Assembly: GCA_051251595.1 (NCBI GenBank)
Contig: JBPOFA010000016.1
Span: 10,626 to 74,625, forward strand
Source: Marinosulfonomonas sp.
GTDB lineage: Bacteria > Pseudomonadota > Alphaproteobacteria > Rhodobacterales > Rhodobacteraceae
Reading direction: 5' to 3'
DNA: 64,000 bases
Under the pieces are notes generated by a model. The model searched no databases. It saw only the letters and a list, made by a program, of their open reading frames with translations, and was not told where the DNA came from. Every line of letters begins with the position of its first letter. Positions within the stretch are counted from its first letter, which is position 1. Made by a program: the position numbers and the translations under genes. Positions 46,143 through 54,299 of this stretch are shown here, piece by piece.

Positions 46143-47528
46143 ATGACAACGTCGCCGATCCAAAACCCCGATGAAGAAACCTATGGCGCAGAGGACATGT
46201 TGCAGCCTTTGCCCAAAACGGCGTTCCCGCAGGCCGGGCGGAACCCGCGCCACGCTTTTGCTGGAATACGCGATGAGCTGTTGCTGGATGGAAATGCCCG
46301 CCAGAATCTGGCGACGTTTTGCCAGACATGGGAAGAGCCAGAGCTGCACCAGTTGATGGATCTGTGCATCGACAAGAATATGGTCGACAAGGATGAATAT
46401 CCCCAGACCGCAGAAATCGAGGCGCGCTGTGTGCGGATGCTGGCGGATCTTTGGCATGCGCCGGACGCGGCGGATGGGGTTGGCACCTCTACGACCGGAT
46501 CCTCAGAGGCGGCGATGCTGGGGGGGCTGGCGATGAAACGTCGGTGGGAAGCCCGGCAACGCGCGGCAGGAAAATCGACGGACAAGCCCAATCTGATCAC
46601 GGGGCCGGTGCAGATTTGCTGGCATAAATTCACCCGCTATTGGGATATCGAACATCGGGAAATTCCGATGGAAAACGGGCGGATGTTGATGACGCCGGAA
46701 GAGGTGCTGGCGCTGTGCGACGAATACACGATCGGCGTTGTGCCGACGCTTGGTGTGACGTTCACCGGCCAATACGAACCGGTTCAGGCGGTGTCTGACG
46801 CGTTGGACACGTTCCAAGCAGAGACCGGGCTTGATATTCCGATCCATGTTGACGGGGCCAGCGGGGCGTTTTTGGCGCCGTTCTGTGCACCGGATTTGGC
46901 CTGGGATTTCAGGCTGCCCCGGGTGCGGTCGATCAATGCTTCGGGCCATAAATTCGGCCTTGCCCCGCTTGGGGTTGGCTGGGTTTTGTGGCGCAGCCCC
47001 GCAGATTTGCCAGAAGAAATGGTGTTTTACGTCAATTACTTAGGCGGCAATATGCGCGACATCGCGTTGAACTTTTCCCGCCCCGGCGGGCAGATCGTTT
47101 GCCAATATTACAATTTCCTGCGTCTGGGTCATAGCGGGTATCAGGCGGTGCATGGGGCTTGTTACGAAACGGCCCAGTTTTTGGCAGATGAAATCGCTAA
47201 AATGGGTCCGTTTGAAATGATTTACAGCGGGGACCCGGGCGAAGGCATCCCTTGTCTGTGCTGGACGCTCAAAGACGGGGCCGATCTGGGCTATTCGCTG
47301 TTTGACCTTGCCGATCGCCTGCGGGCAACGGGGTGGCAGGTGCCGGCCTATACGTTGCCCTCCAACTGTCAGGATCGCGCCGTTCAGCGCATTTTGGTGC
47401 GCAATGGGGTCAGCCGTGATTTGGCATCCTTGCTGTTGCAGGACATGAAATCAGCGCTGGAGCATCTGGGCAAACATCCGCGTCAGGCGCCATTGGGCGA
47501 TGAGGATGCGTCCGGCTTTCATCACTGA
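46143..47528 (+). CDS. gadB: Glutamate decarboxylase (PLP-dependent, GadA/GadB type)
   Basis: 461 aa. Motifs [33 protein letters not shown] and the PLP-lysine segment [18 protein letters not shown] are diagnostic of bacterial GAD. Confidence 0.9.
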   Translation: MTTSPIQNPDEETYGAEDMLQPLPKTAFPQAGRNPRHAFAGIRDELLLDGNARQNLATFCQTWEEPELHQLMDLCIDKNMVDKDEYPQTAEIEARCVRMLADLWHAPDAADGVGTSTTGSSEAAMLGGLAMKRRWEARQRAAGKSTDKPNLITGPVQICWHKFTRYWDIEHREIPMENGRMLMTPEEVLALCDEYTIGVVPTLGVTFTGQYEPVQAVSDALDTFQAETGLDIPIHVDGASGAFLAPFCAPDLAWDFRLPRVRSINASGHKFGLAPLGVGWVLWRSPADLPEEMVFYVNYLGGNMRDIALNFSRPGGQIVCQYYNFLRLGHSGYQAVHGACYETAQFLADEIAKMGPFEMIYSGDPGEGIPCLCWTLKDGADLGYSLFDLADRLRATGWQVPAYTLPSNCQDRAVQRILVRNGVSRDLASLLLQDMKSALEHLGKHPRQAPLGDEDASGFHH

Positions 47529-47545
47529 TGCGCCGGGGCTGATTG

Positions 47546-48406
47546 ATGGGCACACCAACAAACGAGTCCCCTGTCCTAGAAATCGGGGCAGGGCCCTTTG
47601 TTACGCTGCGCCAATATGGGGTGGCGGAAGGCCTGTCGATTTGGCGGGCACGGCACCACCGCAAGGGGATCGGCGCGCAAGCCGTCGCGGCCGGTTTTTG
47701 GCAGTCGCGCCGCGTCAACGCGTTGATGGGGACGTTGTTCGCGATTGGATCGCTGTTCTTTGTGATCGGCGCGGCCCTATCATTGTGGCCGGGTGTTGCG
47801 CAGTCCGCGGGTTTATCGGTCTCTCAGGTTAATATTCTGTTTTTTGTGGGGTCGGCGTTCTTCACGACGGCCGCCTATCTTCAGCTTGTACAGGCCGCGA
47901 ACGCCCCGCCGCATCCGGGGCAGCCGCCCGCAACGCGCGGTTTCAAATGGTTTGGCTGGCGGCCTTATGATCCGGGCTGGATCGCGAGTGTGGCGCAGTT
48001 CGCAGGGACGTTGCTGTTCAATGTGAACACCTATGACGGGCTAAATGGCGGGGGAAGCTGGCTGAGCCAGGATTTCAGGATTTGGGTGCCAGATTTTGTC
48101 GGGTCGATTTTGTTTCTGATCTCTGGCTATCTGGTCTGGATCGAGACCTGCCACAAATGGTTTGCCTGGCTTCCACAGGAATTGGATTGGTGGATCGTGG
48201 CGGTCAATTTTCTGGGCTGCGTGTTCTTTATGATCTCTGCCTGTTTGGCCTTTGTGCCACCCGGCGGGATCGGGGCGGGGGCGTTGGCCTTGTCCACGGA
48301 ATTGCTTTTGGCCGGGGCGGTCTGCTTTTTCATCGGGGCGCTTTTGTTGGTGGTCGAGGCGGCAACGAAGGCCCCCAGCCAAGCGGTTGCCGGGCTGGGG
48401 CGCTGA
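47546..48406 (+). CDS. Integral membrane protein with six internally repeated helices (YrhK-like repeats), function unknown
   Basis: Starts 17 nt after the gadB stop. Six hydrophobic helices each carry a small-x-x-aromatic signature: AIGSLFF, FVGSAFF, FAGTLLF, FVGSILF, FLGCVFF and LAGAVCFF. Confidence 0.6.
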   Translation: MGTPTNESPVLEIGAGPFVTLRQYGVAEGLSIWRARHHRKGIGAQAVAAGFWQSRRVNALMGTLFAIGSLFFVIGAALSLWPGVAQSAGLSVSQVNILFFVGSAFFTTAAYLQLVQAANAPPHPGQPPATRGFKWFGWRPYDPGWIASVAQFAGTLLFNVNTYDGLNGGGSWLSQDFRIWVPDFVGSILFLISGYLVWIETCHKWFAWLPQELDWWIVAVNFLGCVFFMISACLAFVPPGGIGAGALALSTELLLAGAVCFFIGALLLVVEAATKAPSQAVAGLGR

Positions 48407-48432
48407 ATTTCCGCAAGGTAGCGGCGGGGCGC

Positions 48433-49224
48433 TTAATTGTCGTAAATGTCCAAGAGTTCCTGGTAGATTTCGGGTTTGCCGGCAATCAAACGGTTGCCTT
48501 TGTTCAATCCGTCATCTGCCAGAAAGTCGTTTGTTTGCAGGCCAGAGGCACTGATGACGGCAATCGCGCCTAAGCAATCCCATGAATTGATATGTTGTTC
48601 GATATAGCCAAGGTAGCGCCCGCATGCGACGTAGCAAAGGGACAGCGCGCCAGAGCCTTCGCGGCAGAACATGCCGCCGTTTTTCAGGAAGCGTTCGAAG
48701 ATGGACAGGAATTCGTCCTGGTCGACGCGCGTGGAATAGCCCACGGCGACGATGCCGTCTTTGATGGTTTTGCCGGGATGCGCGGACATGGGTTGGCCGT
48801 TTAGCGTGGCCGGGAAATCGACCCCGCCTGCAAACAACTCGTCCCGCGCGGGGGCATAGACCATGCCGAATTGCACGGTGTTGTTTTCGACATAAGCGAT
48901 AGAGACGCACCAGCTGGACATGCCAGAGATGAAGGGCTGCGTGCCGTCAATCGGGTCCACGACCCAGATGCCTTGTTCAGGCGAAAACTCTGAGATCCCG
49001 GTTTCTTCGCCCAGGAAAGCATCCTGGGGATAGGCCTTTGACAGCTTTTCCTTGATCAGCAGTTCCGTGTTCACGTCCGCCTCGCTGGCCATGTCCTGCA
49101 GGCCTTTGCTTTTGATTGTCAGCGTGTCGAGCTTTTGGAAATAGCCATCAGCGAGGGCACCTGCCTCTCGGATCAGGGAGATTGCGAAGTCGTAGCGTTC
49201 GCTGAGGGCGGAGGTATCTGTCAT
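48433..49224 (-). CDS. Inositol monophosphatase family protein (SuhB-like)
   Basis: ORF 48433..49431. Start moved to ATG 49224 (MTDTSALSERYDF). Motifs FLGEETG and WVVDPIDGT. Confidence 0.85.
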   Translation of the reverse strand: MTDTSALSERYDFAISLIREAGALADGYFQKLDTLTIKSKGLQDMASEADVNTELLIKEKLSKAYPQDAFLGEETGISEFSPEQGIWVVDPIDGTQPFISGMSSWCVSIAYVENNTVQFGMVYAPARDELFAGGVDFPATLNGQPMSAHPGKTIKDGIVAVGYSTRVDQDEFLSIFERFLKNGGMFCREGSGALSLCYVACGRYLGYIEQHINSWDCLGAIAVISASGLQTNDFLADDGLNKGNRLIAGKPEIYQELLDIYDN

Positions 49225-49270
49225 GTTTGATCTTTCTGAATTGCTTGCGTTTCGGTCATGCGCCAAGAGA

Positions 49271-50170
49271 TTATTTCCAGAGCCATGCAGCCCCGCGCAC
49301 GCCGCTGGAATCGCCGTGGACGGCCCGTTCAATCGGGGTGTGGAACACTGTTGAAAACGTGCGTTTGGCCAGTTCGCGGGGCAGGTCTGTGTAAAGCTCA
49401 TCCACATTTGACATGCCGCCGCCCATGACAAAAATATCCGGGTCCAGAGAATTCACCACGGTGGCCAACCCCCGGGCGACACGGTCAATATACTGATCCC
49501 ACAGCAGCCGCGACAGGTGGTCACCTGCGCGCATTTGTTCGATAATATCGCGCGATTTCATGGGGTTGCCGGTATGTGTTTCATAGCTGGCCTCAAAGGC
49601 GCGGCCGGACACCCAGGTTTCCATGCAGCCGTGACGGCCGCAGTAGCACGGCTTGCCCGGAAGCTCTGACACGGTTGGGAAGGGCAGCGGGTTATGGCCC
49701 CATTCGCCGCCGCTGTTGTTGGGCCCGTGATGCGCCTTGCCGCCCACGGCGATACCCGCGCCCGCGCCGGATCCAAGGATCACGGCAAAGACGACGTTAT
49801 GCCCGGCCCCGGCGCCGTCCACGGCCTCTGATGCGGCGAAACAGTCGGCGTCGTTTTCGACCCGCAGCTCTCTCTGGAGCACGTCATGCAGGTCTTTTTC
49901 CACGGGGCGGCCCAGCAACCAGGTTGAACTTGCGCCTTTGCCCAGACGGCTTTTGGGCTCTAGCGAACCGGGGATGCCGATGCCGACAGAACCGGTCTGG
50001 CCGGTCTTGCTTTCCAGCGCGTCGATCATGGTTTTGATGACTTTGATGCAGCCAAAATAATCGTGGCGCGGCGTGTCTTCGCGCAGGCGAAGCAGCTCTT
50101 GCCCGGTTTGATCCATCGCGACACCTTCGATTTTGGTGCCGCCCCAATCAATGCCAATCAACATGTTCAA
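49271..50170 (-). CDS. ROK family sugar kinase (NagK/Mak-like)
   Basis: N-terminal ATP motif IGIDWGGTK, catalytic ENDADCFA, and the ROK zinc motif GEWGH...CYCGRHGCMETWVSG. Confidence 0.85.
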   Translation of the reverse strand: MNMLIGIDWGGTKIEGVAMDQTGQELLRLREDTPRHDYFGCIKVIKTMIDALESKTGQTGSVGIGIPGSLEPKSRLGKGASSTWLLGRPVEKDLHDVLQRELRVENDADCFAASEAVDGAGAGHNVVFAVILGSGAGAGIAVGGKAHHGPNNSGGEWGHNPLPFPTVSELPGKPCYCGRHGCMETWVSGRAFEASYETHTGNPMKSRDIIEQMRAGDHLSRLLWDQYIDRVARGLATVVNSLDPDIFVMGGGMSNVDELYTDLPRELAKRTFSTVFHTPIERAVHGDSSGVRGAAWLWK

Positions 50171-50377
50171 TGTTCTTTCTGGGTTTGACGTCAGAGACTG
50201 AAACTTTTGTCCGTGTTTTCGGGCATAAGTGCTACCCGGCCCCTTGTCGGATGTCCATTTCTAATCGCGGGTGGTGTGCGTGTCACGCCGCAGGGCGGGG
50301 CATTTTATTTGCGGGGACAGGATGACGTGGGGCTTGCGGGGTCTTAGGTAGGTGGGATCAAAGTGGAAGGTGTGGTC

Positions 50378-51370
50378 ATGAAATACGGGTTGCTTGATTT
50401 GTCGCCGGTGCGCGCGGGTGGAACTGTGGCAGAGGCGCTGCAGACGACTGTTGCGCTGGCCCAAGAGGCCGAGGCGAATGGCTATCACCGGTTTTGGCTG
50501 GCCGAGCATCACAACATGCCGGGCATCGCCAGCGCGGCGACTGCTGTTGTGATCGGTCAGGTGGCGGCGGCGACCCGGACGATCCGTGTTGGCGCAGGGG
50601 GGGTCATGCTGCCCAACCATGCGCCTTTGATCGTTGCGGAACAGTTTGGCACGCTGGCCACGCTTTACCCGGATCGGATCGATCTGGGGTTTGGCCGTGC
50701 ACCGGGGACGGATGGAGCGACGGCCCATGCCTTGCGGCGCAATCGCGAGGCGAATGAAAGTTTCCCGCAGGATGTGGCAGAGGTGCTGGGATATTTCGGC
50801 GATAGCGTGGCGGCATCTGGTATTCGGGCCATTCCCGGGCAGGGGACCCATGTGCCGGTCTGGATCCTTGGGTCCAGTCTTTACGGGGCGCAGCTGGCGG
50901 CCTATCTGGGGTTGCCTTATGCGTTTGCGTCGCATTTCGCCCCTGCGATGCTAGAGGATGCAGCCCTGACCTATCGGCGGACCTTTCGTCCGTCAGAATG
51001 GCTGGCAGAGCCTTATTTCATGATGGCCGCCGGGGTCTGCGCGGCGGATACGGATGAAGAAGCGTTGTTCTTGCGCACGTCGCAAATCCAGGCCTTTGCA
51101 GCTTTGCGCACAGGCAAGCCGGGCGCTTTGCCGGCCCCGGTAGAAGATATCACGACAGTGGTGCCCGCCGGGGTTCTGGCGCAGGTGGGGCAGGCGTTTT
51201 CCTGCTCGGCCGTGGGCAGCGCGGCGTCGGTGCGCAAAGACCTAGAGGCATTGATCGCGCGGTATCAGCCGGATGAGCTGATCGTGACGGGTATGATCCA
51301 TGACGTTTCGGCGCATTTGAAATCCTATCGGATTGCGGCAGAGCAATTGCGCCACATCACCGGATCCTGA
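50378..51370 (+). CDS. LLM-class (luciferase-like) flavin-dependent oxidoreductase
   Basis: [11 protein letters not shown]...[20 protein letters not shown] is the typical N-terminus of the YhbW-like LLM subgroup. ATG at 50378; the track starts at 50363. Confidence 0.85.
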   Translation: MKYGLLDLSPVRAGGTVAEALQTTVALAQEAEANGYHRFWLAEHHNMPGIASAATAVVIGQVAAATRTIRVGAGGVMLPNHAPLIVAEQFGTLATLYPDRIDLGFGRAPGTDGATAHALRRNREANESFPQDVAEVLGYFGDSVAASGIRAIPGQGTHVPVWILGSSLYGAQLAAYLGLPYAFASHFAPAMLEDAALTYRRTFRPSEWLAEPYFMMAAGVCAADTDEEALFLRTSQIQAFAALRTGKPGALPAPVEDITTVVPAGVLAQVGQAFSCSAVGSAASVRKDLEALIARYQPDELIVTGMIHDVSAHLKSYRIAAEQLRHITGS

Positions 51371-51404
51371 GCGACGGGCGTTAATTTCCGCCTAACGCGT
51401 CGTT

Positions 51405-52682
51405 TCAGCCCACAAATGACAGGGCCCAAGCCGCGGCGGCAGACAGGGCCAGCACCTGCGCGATGCCCAGCTTTGCCCGCAGCATCAGCACCGCCGACAA
51501 GACGGCAAGGGCCAAGGCCCGCCAGTCGAGTGAGGCCAAATCTGGTGTCCAGACCGTGAACGGGCCAAGGGTGTTTTGGCTCACCTCTGTGAACAAGACA
51601 TGCAGCCCGAACCAGATCGACAGGTTCAGGATGACGCCGACCACGGCGGCTGTGATGGCTTGCAACGCGCCGCTTAACCGGGGCTGGGCAGACATCCATT
51701 CGATGTAGGGCGCGCCGGTGAAGATCCACAGAAAACAGGGGATGAACGTGGCCCAGAGCGTGACGAGGCCGCCCAGTATGGCCAGCCCATAGCTGCCTTC
51801 GCGAAAGGCGGCGATGAAGCCGACGAATTGGGTGACAAGGATCAGCGGGCCGGGCGTGGTTTCGGCCAGCCCCAGCCCGTCCATCATTTCCGCCGGGGTG
51901 AGCCAGTTGAAATCGGTGACGACGACCTGCGCCATATAGGCCAGAACCGCGTAGGCCCCGCCAAATGTGACCACTGCCAGCTTGGAAAAGAAGACGCCCA
52001 GAGTGCCCAAGATTGCGCCGCCTGTGGCGATGTTCAGTGCCAGTATAGGCAGCAGCCAGATGGCCAGCCCAAGGGCCACGGTCACGCAGGTGCGTTTGAT
52101 GGATGTGGCCACGATTGGGGCGGTTTCCGGCATGTTCTGATCGTTGGCAAACACTGCGCCATAAAGGGCGGCGGCCAGAACGATCAGCGGGTAGGGCAGT
52201 GCAAGAAAGAAGATCCCGATAAAGGCCAATGCGGCGATGATCCAGTGGGCTTTGCGCTTTAGCGCGCGGCCTGAGACGCGCAAAAGCGCCTCTAGCACGA
52301 TGATCAGAACGGCGGCTTTGACGCCGAGAAACAGCGTCGCCACCAATGGCAGATCGCCATAGGTGACGTAAAGGGCTGCGAGGATGAAGATGACCACGGC
52401 GCCGGGTAGGACGAACAAAAGCCCGGCCAGAATGCCGCCGGCAATCCCGTGCAGACGCCAGCCGGAATAGGTGGCCAGCTGCATCGCTTCGGGGCCGGGC
52501 AGCAGCATGCAAAAGTTGAGAGCGTTCAGGAACTGGCGTTCTTGCAGCCATCCTTTTTCATCGACCAGCATGCGGTGCATCAGGGCGATCTGGGCGGCGG
52601 GGCCACCAAAGGAGAGAAGGCCGATTTTGAGGAAGACCGTAAAGAGTTCGGCCATCGTGACCGTGCTGTTGGGGCGGTTCAT
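51405..52682 (-). CDS. chrA: Chromate transporter (CHR family, ChrA)
   Basis: 425 aa duplicated CHR domain, with FLKIGLLSFGGPAAQIALM in the first half and KLAVVTFGGAYAVLAYM in the second. Confidence 0.9.
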   Translation of the reverse strand: MNRPNSTVTMAELFTVFLKIGLLSFGGPAAQIALMHRMLVDEKGWLQERQFLNALNFCMLLPGPEAMQLATYSGWRLHGIAGGILAGLLFVLPGAVVIFILAALYVTYGDLPLVATLFLGVKAAVLIIVLEALLRVSGRALKRKAHWIIAALAFIGIFFLALPYPLIVLAAALYGAVFANDQNMPETAPIVATSIKRTCVTVALGLAIWLLPILALNIATGGAILGTLGVFFSKLAVVTFGGAYAVLAYMAQVVVTDFNWLTPAEMMDGLGLAETTPGPLILVTQFVGFIAAFREGSYGLAILGGLVTLWATFIPCFLWIFTGAPYIEWMSAQPRLSGALQAITAAVVGVILNLSIWFGLHVLFTEVSQNTLGPFTVWTPDLASLDWRALALAVLSAVLMLRAKLGIAQVLALSAAAAWALSFVG

Positions 52683-52860
52683 TTTTGGGTGGGCCCGGCG
52701 TGCTGGCGGTGTATCGGCGGTGTCAAAACGAGTCTCTTCCCCAGATCAGAAACGAAGCGGCCCGATATGCGTCGGCGTGCCCTATGTGGCCCGGTTGCGG
52801 GTTGGGGAACTGTTCTCAACCCCGGTGGGTCTTGTCAACGCAATCTATGTAAAAACTGTG

Positions 52861-52904
52861 CTGCGTACGGTGGGCTGCGTGCGGTGGTTTTGTGTCTGCG
52901 TGCG
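52861..52904 (+). repeat. Cluster of three direct copies of CTGCGT(A/G)CGGTGG (third copy partial)
   Basis: Copies at 52861-52873 (CTGCGTACGGTGG), 52875-52887 (CTGCGTGCGGTGG) and 52896-52904 (CTGCGTGCG), in the chrA/ParB-like intergenic region. Confidence 0.6.
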
Positions 52905-53012
52905 AATCCCGAGGTTAACGTTTGAAAAGAAAGGGAAAACCACGGTCTGCCTTGCGTCGGCACCCTGTCGGCAAAGCGTATGGCACTTTGTCGGCTTTGA
53001 CCGGGGTTAAGC

Positions 53013-53025
53013 CTGCGTGCGGTGG
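53013..53025 (+). repeat. Fourth copy of CTGCGTGCGGTGG
   Basis: Exact 13-mer match to 52875-52887. It lies 62 nt upstream of the ParB-like start. Confidence 0.6.
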
Positions 53026-53086
53026 TGTTGGACATTTGTGGGGAATTGGGATGTGCTGCCAGTGTCGTCATCACGAAGGGCTTGGC

Positions 53087-53488
53087 ATGGAGCATCCAGA
53101 GGTTATCCGCGAATATTGGTATTCGATCGACTGGGATGTCGAGACGCTGTGGGCGTTGGACCTGCCGGTGGAGACGGTCGATCTGGCGCGTTTGATCTGG
53201 CATTTGGACGTGCCGATCTGGGCGGATGGGGGGCGGCCTTATTCTGTCACGCCGCGCCAGGTGATGGGGGACCCGGCCCGGTTTGCGGTGGAAGCGGCGC
53301 GGATCGCTGCGGCGGATTTGGCCTTTCCCCTAGAGGTTTTTGAAAACAAAGGCCGGTTGATGATTTTGGACGGTGTGCACCGGTTGGCAAGGGCCGTTGA
53401 GCTGGGCCATGACAGGATTAATGTGCGCTTTGTTCCGGCATCGGCGGTGACCCGTCTGGACGGCGATGCCGGGGCTTTGCCGGTTTAA
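53087..53488 (+). CDS. Small ParB/sulfiredoxin-like N-terminal-domain protein
   Basis: ORF 52922..53488. Start taken at ATG 53087 (MEHPEVIREYW), preceded by GAAGGG. The C-terminal half contains LMILDGVHRLARAVELG, resembling the ParB/Srx DGxHR box. The family call is tentative. Confidence 0.5.
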   Translation: MEHPEVIREYWYSIDWDVETLWALDLPVETVDLARLIWHLDVPIWADGGRPYSVTPRQVMGDPARFAVEAARIAAADLAFPLEVFENKGRLMILDGVHRLARAVELGHDRINVRFVPASAVTRLDGDAGALPV

Positions 53489-53517
53489 ATCGTAAAAAAT
53501 TTTGCAAAATGGTAAAC

Positions 53518-53534
53518 CTGACTAAAAAAGTCGG
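53518..53534. promoter_or_regulatory. IscR type-1 / Iron-Rhodo-box-like operator (cTGACT-aaaaa-AGTCgg)
   Basis: The GACT-N5-AGTC core (53520-53532) with an A/T spacer matches the core of the IscR type-1 consensus ATASYYGACTRWWWYAGTCRRSTAT. It sits in an AT-rich region 115 nt upstream of hemP. Confidence 0.45.
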
Positions 53535-53548
53535 ATTGACATATCCGA
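53531..53548. promoter_or_regulatory. Perfect 6-6-6 inverted repeat TCGGAT-tgacat-ATCCGA overlapping a TTGACA -35-like hexamer
   Basis: Read directly. It shares 4 nt with the preceding operator-like site. Confidence 0.35.
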
Positions 53549-53648
53549 TCAAATCACTCAGGTATGGAATCATTATTCTAGCCACCCAGTTCGCTGCGGA
53601 AGCCCGACATTGATGCAATGAAAGGAATCCGTTTATGGGGTATCGCAG

Positions 53649-53813
53649 ATGAGTGAGTTAAGAGACACAATCGTTACACCACCTGTGCTGGATATTCCCA
53701 CACATGACGCGCGGGAACTGACGCGGGGCGGGGATCAGGCGCAGATCGTCTATGACGACAAGGTCTATACGCTGCGCATCACGCGCGCAGGCAAGCTGAT
53801 TTTAACAAAATGA
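53649..53813 (+). CDS. hemP: Hemin uptake protein HemP family (54 aa; below the ORF-track cutoff)
   Basis: Hand translation gives MSELRDTIVTPPVLDIPTHDARELTRGGDQAQIVYDDKVYTLRITRAGKLILTK. The C-terminal Y-x-LRIT-x-x-GKLILTK is the HemP signature. The stop overlaps the next start (ATGA at 53810-53813). Confidence 0.7.
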   Translation: MSELRDTIVTPPVLDIPTHDARELTRGGDQAQIVYDDKVYTLRITRAGKLILTK

Positions 53814-54289
53814 CAGATCGGGTTCTTAATCGCGGCGGGGCGGCTGTCGGCTTTATGTCTGATTTGAATTCAGTCGAAGCAGCGACCGTGGACTGCCTGC
53901 GTCGGTGGAGCGATGGGCCAGAGGCCCAGGCCGATCTGTGGAATGACATGTCTTCGGCGATGGGGTCGCAAAACGCGCGACGCGCGGTGCAGTCTTTTGA
54001 TCAGCTTTACGGTTTATGTGCCCGGTTCGGGCGGCGCAAACTGATGCGTCATTCCGTGGCCTGCGAATGTCTGGGCGCTGACGAGGCGTGTTTTGCCAAT
54101 TTTATCGGGGCGGCGGCGGATGGCCAGCGCGAGGATGCAATGATGATTGCAACCCTGCTGGTGCGTGCGGATTACGCCCCAATCGTGACAACGCTGGCCA
54201 CGGATTTCGGCATGGCCTTGAGGCATCTGCCCTGTCCGGCAGGGCGTGCTGTTTTGATGGATACAAAAACAACCACAACTCTTCATTAG
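53810..54289 (+). CDS. Hypothetical protein with a His/Cys cluster (H81-x3-C-x-C-x5-C)
   Basis: 159 aa, translationally coupled to hemP and ending 10 nt before the imelysin gene. I recognise no family. Confidence 0.55.
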   Translation: MTDRVLNRGGAAVGFMSDLNSVEAATVDCLRRWSDGPEAQADLWNDMSSAMGSQNARRAVQSFDQLYGLCARFGRRKLMRHSVACECLGADEACFANFIGAAADGQREDAMMIATLLVRADYAPIVTTLATDFGMALRHLPCPAGRAVLMDTKTTTTLH

Positions 54290-54299
54290 AGGGACTAAT

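Noticed and set aside
46143-47528. gadB as part of a classical Gad acid-resistance island
   Set aside because: No gadC-type antiporter, gadE/X/W regulators or glutaminase are present in the window. The context differs from the enterobacterial system.
51325-52551. Long antisense or alternative-frame ORFs inside confident genes (for example 51325..52551 within chrA, 54372..55649, 57120..58034, 19648..20877, 15435..16388, 16823..17557, 2367..3260, 36792..37517)
   Set aside because: They are Arg/Pro/Gly-rich shadow ORFs typical of GC-rich DNA. Each is fully embedded in a gene with clear family motifs on the other strand or frame.
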